Assembly (NCBI GenBank): GCA_973851085.1
Contig: OZ316776.1
Span: 3,596,001 to 3,660,000 of the forward strand
Direction: 5' to 3'
DNA length: 64,000 bases
DNA from: Ptychomitrium polyphyllum
Taxonomy: Eukaryota
Part shown: positions 62,521-64,000 of the stretch, one piece after another
Position numbering within the stretch: the stretch's first letter is position 1
How the letters are laid out: every line of letters starts with the position of its first letter
Made by a program: the position numbers and the translations under genes
The notes under the pieces: model-generated
The model's database searches: none
Seen by the model: only the letters and a program-made list of their open reading frames with translations
What the model was told of the DNA's origin: nothing

Positions 62521-64000
62521 TTGGACGACGACGACGATGATGAAGACGAGTTCAAACCTCTTTTCGATTACAGCGACACAGTTCCTCCAGCTCCAGAGTT
62601 TTTGAGCAGTGGTTAGTAAATGCCATGCAGTTCTGTACTCAATTGCATATTTTAATAACGGATATCAGAAGTACCGTTAGATACAAAGTTAGGCTTGGCA
62701 ACCAGTGGGTGTGTTTTTAATAGAAGCAATCTGTACAGTGATTGATTCTGTCCTCGTATTTAAAATTGCTAATTGGAAACAGATGACAGTGATGGAGATA
62801 TCGCCGTAATAAAATCAGCTCTACCCTCGCACAAGCTCGAAACTACGCCAGCTAAGGTTTGTCGAGAAATTCTTATTTGGTCCAACCAAGGATGGTTTGA
62901 AAAGGTTTTATAATCTTTGCTAGAGCAATACCGCAATTGGCCATGTTCAATATTTGTATTGTGACGTTTGTATACTGTTTCCTTGTTCTTAAATATATTC
63001 TACATAAGCGCTAGATAAGATGAACAAGGTTCGAAGCCTTTTAACCTTCTAAACCCTTGTCCTTGTAAGTGCATTTCTGATTTAAAGATTGGGCATGACT
63101 AGATACCACCGACTCCAACGTCTCAAAAGGATCAAGCGCAGAAAGCAAAATTGGATGAGGACGATGATGATGACGACGACGACAGCTGGTTGATGCCTTC
63201 GCCTTCGAAGTTGCCAAAGCTGACTTTGCCTACATTCTCTGCTGGAAATTATGCTCTACAACAATTAAGGTTAAATTTCGTCCTCAGTGTTCAAATGTGT
63301 TTTACTATTTATATAAGCTAGTCTTGTATTACACGACACAAATATATCAAAGGTGCTTATCTTTAGCAGTCAGATACTCAAGCTCTTAGATTCGAATGTT
63401 AGATAATTGTGAACTGCGAATTTAGCGAATTTATGAAACGCCTACATTGCTGTGTTCAGGTCAAAGAGAATGGAGTTGATGATGTTACAACAAAATGCAT
63501 CGCCGGAGGCAATCAGAAGATTTGAAGAGGCGGCAAGGGCGCAAGCACAACAACGTGCCGAGCCGGAGCCACCTATGGTCGTGAAAACTCCGGAGATTTT
63601 GAACTGTCACGAGGAGTTAGCAGGGAGTGGATCTGCCGCATCTGAAGAAAAGGAGAAAATTCTACTAAAAGTGCAGAACAATGCAGGAAGTTTTCAATCT
63701 ATCCGGATATTTAAGGTAAGTGAATACAATTCTTCTGACACAATCAGGAATTGGTGATACGGATGTCAACAAGGAACACCGCTTGTAGACTTGAGCACTA
63801 TTTCTTCCTCACTATTTTTTGCCTTTGTTTTTTCTTAAAGGATTTTGGAAACAAATAGAAATCATTTCTATGGTTGCGTTTCTCACTCGTTATTTTGTAA
63901 ACAAATACTGTGATTTCTAAAATTCTGCATCTGAGTGAAGAAGTCACTGACTGGGATTCTTATCATGCAATTGTGTAGACCGACAAGTTCGAGAAGCTAT
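62521..64000 (+). CDS. Rad60/Esc2/NIP45-like SUMO-like-domain protein, partial (start upstream and uncertain; 3' end beyond the window)
   Basis: In-frame exons: LDDDDDDEDEFKPLFDYS, DDSDGD..., DDDDSWLMPSP...QQLR|SKRMEL, EKILLKVQNNAGSFQSIRIFK|TDKFEKL. The PLFDY, WLxPxP and KIxxxVQ...DKFExL motifs recall the plant Rad60-SLD family. Confidence 0.75.

Overview
This is eukaryotic plant nuclear DNA with intron-rich genes (GT-AG). Gene content, codon style and the TE landscape suggest a moss such as Physcomitrium; the species is an inference. I assembled 11 protein-coding genes by hand from splice sites: a WD40 protein (partial, -), S1FA (+), a small single-pass membrane protein (+), allantoinase (+), a large trithorax-type PHD/ePHD/SET methyltransferase (-), an intronless RPL36 (+), prefoldin 5 (-) head-to-head with ARPC2 (+), a group-C-like bZIP (-) head-to-head with TRM10 (+), and a Rad60/NIP45-like SUMO-like-domain gene (partial, +). 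The intergenic AT-rich blocks contain a decayed Ty3/Gypsy RT-RNaseH split by a 1142-bp solo LTR with a perfect 5-bp target-site duplication, several minisatellites, and a decayed F-box-like ORF. The top candidate for an undescribed system is a 37-codon upstream ORF in the spliced 5' leader of the bZIP gene. Its peptide resembles the sucrose-sensing SIRT uORF peptide of seed-plant S1 bZIPs, but here it sits on an intron-containing, C-like bZIP in an apparent bryophyte. All homology calls come from recalled motifs, not database searches.
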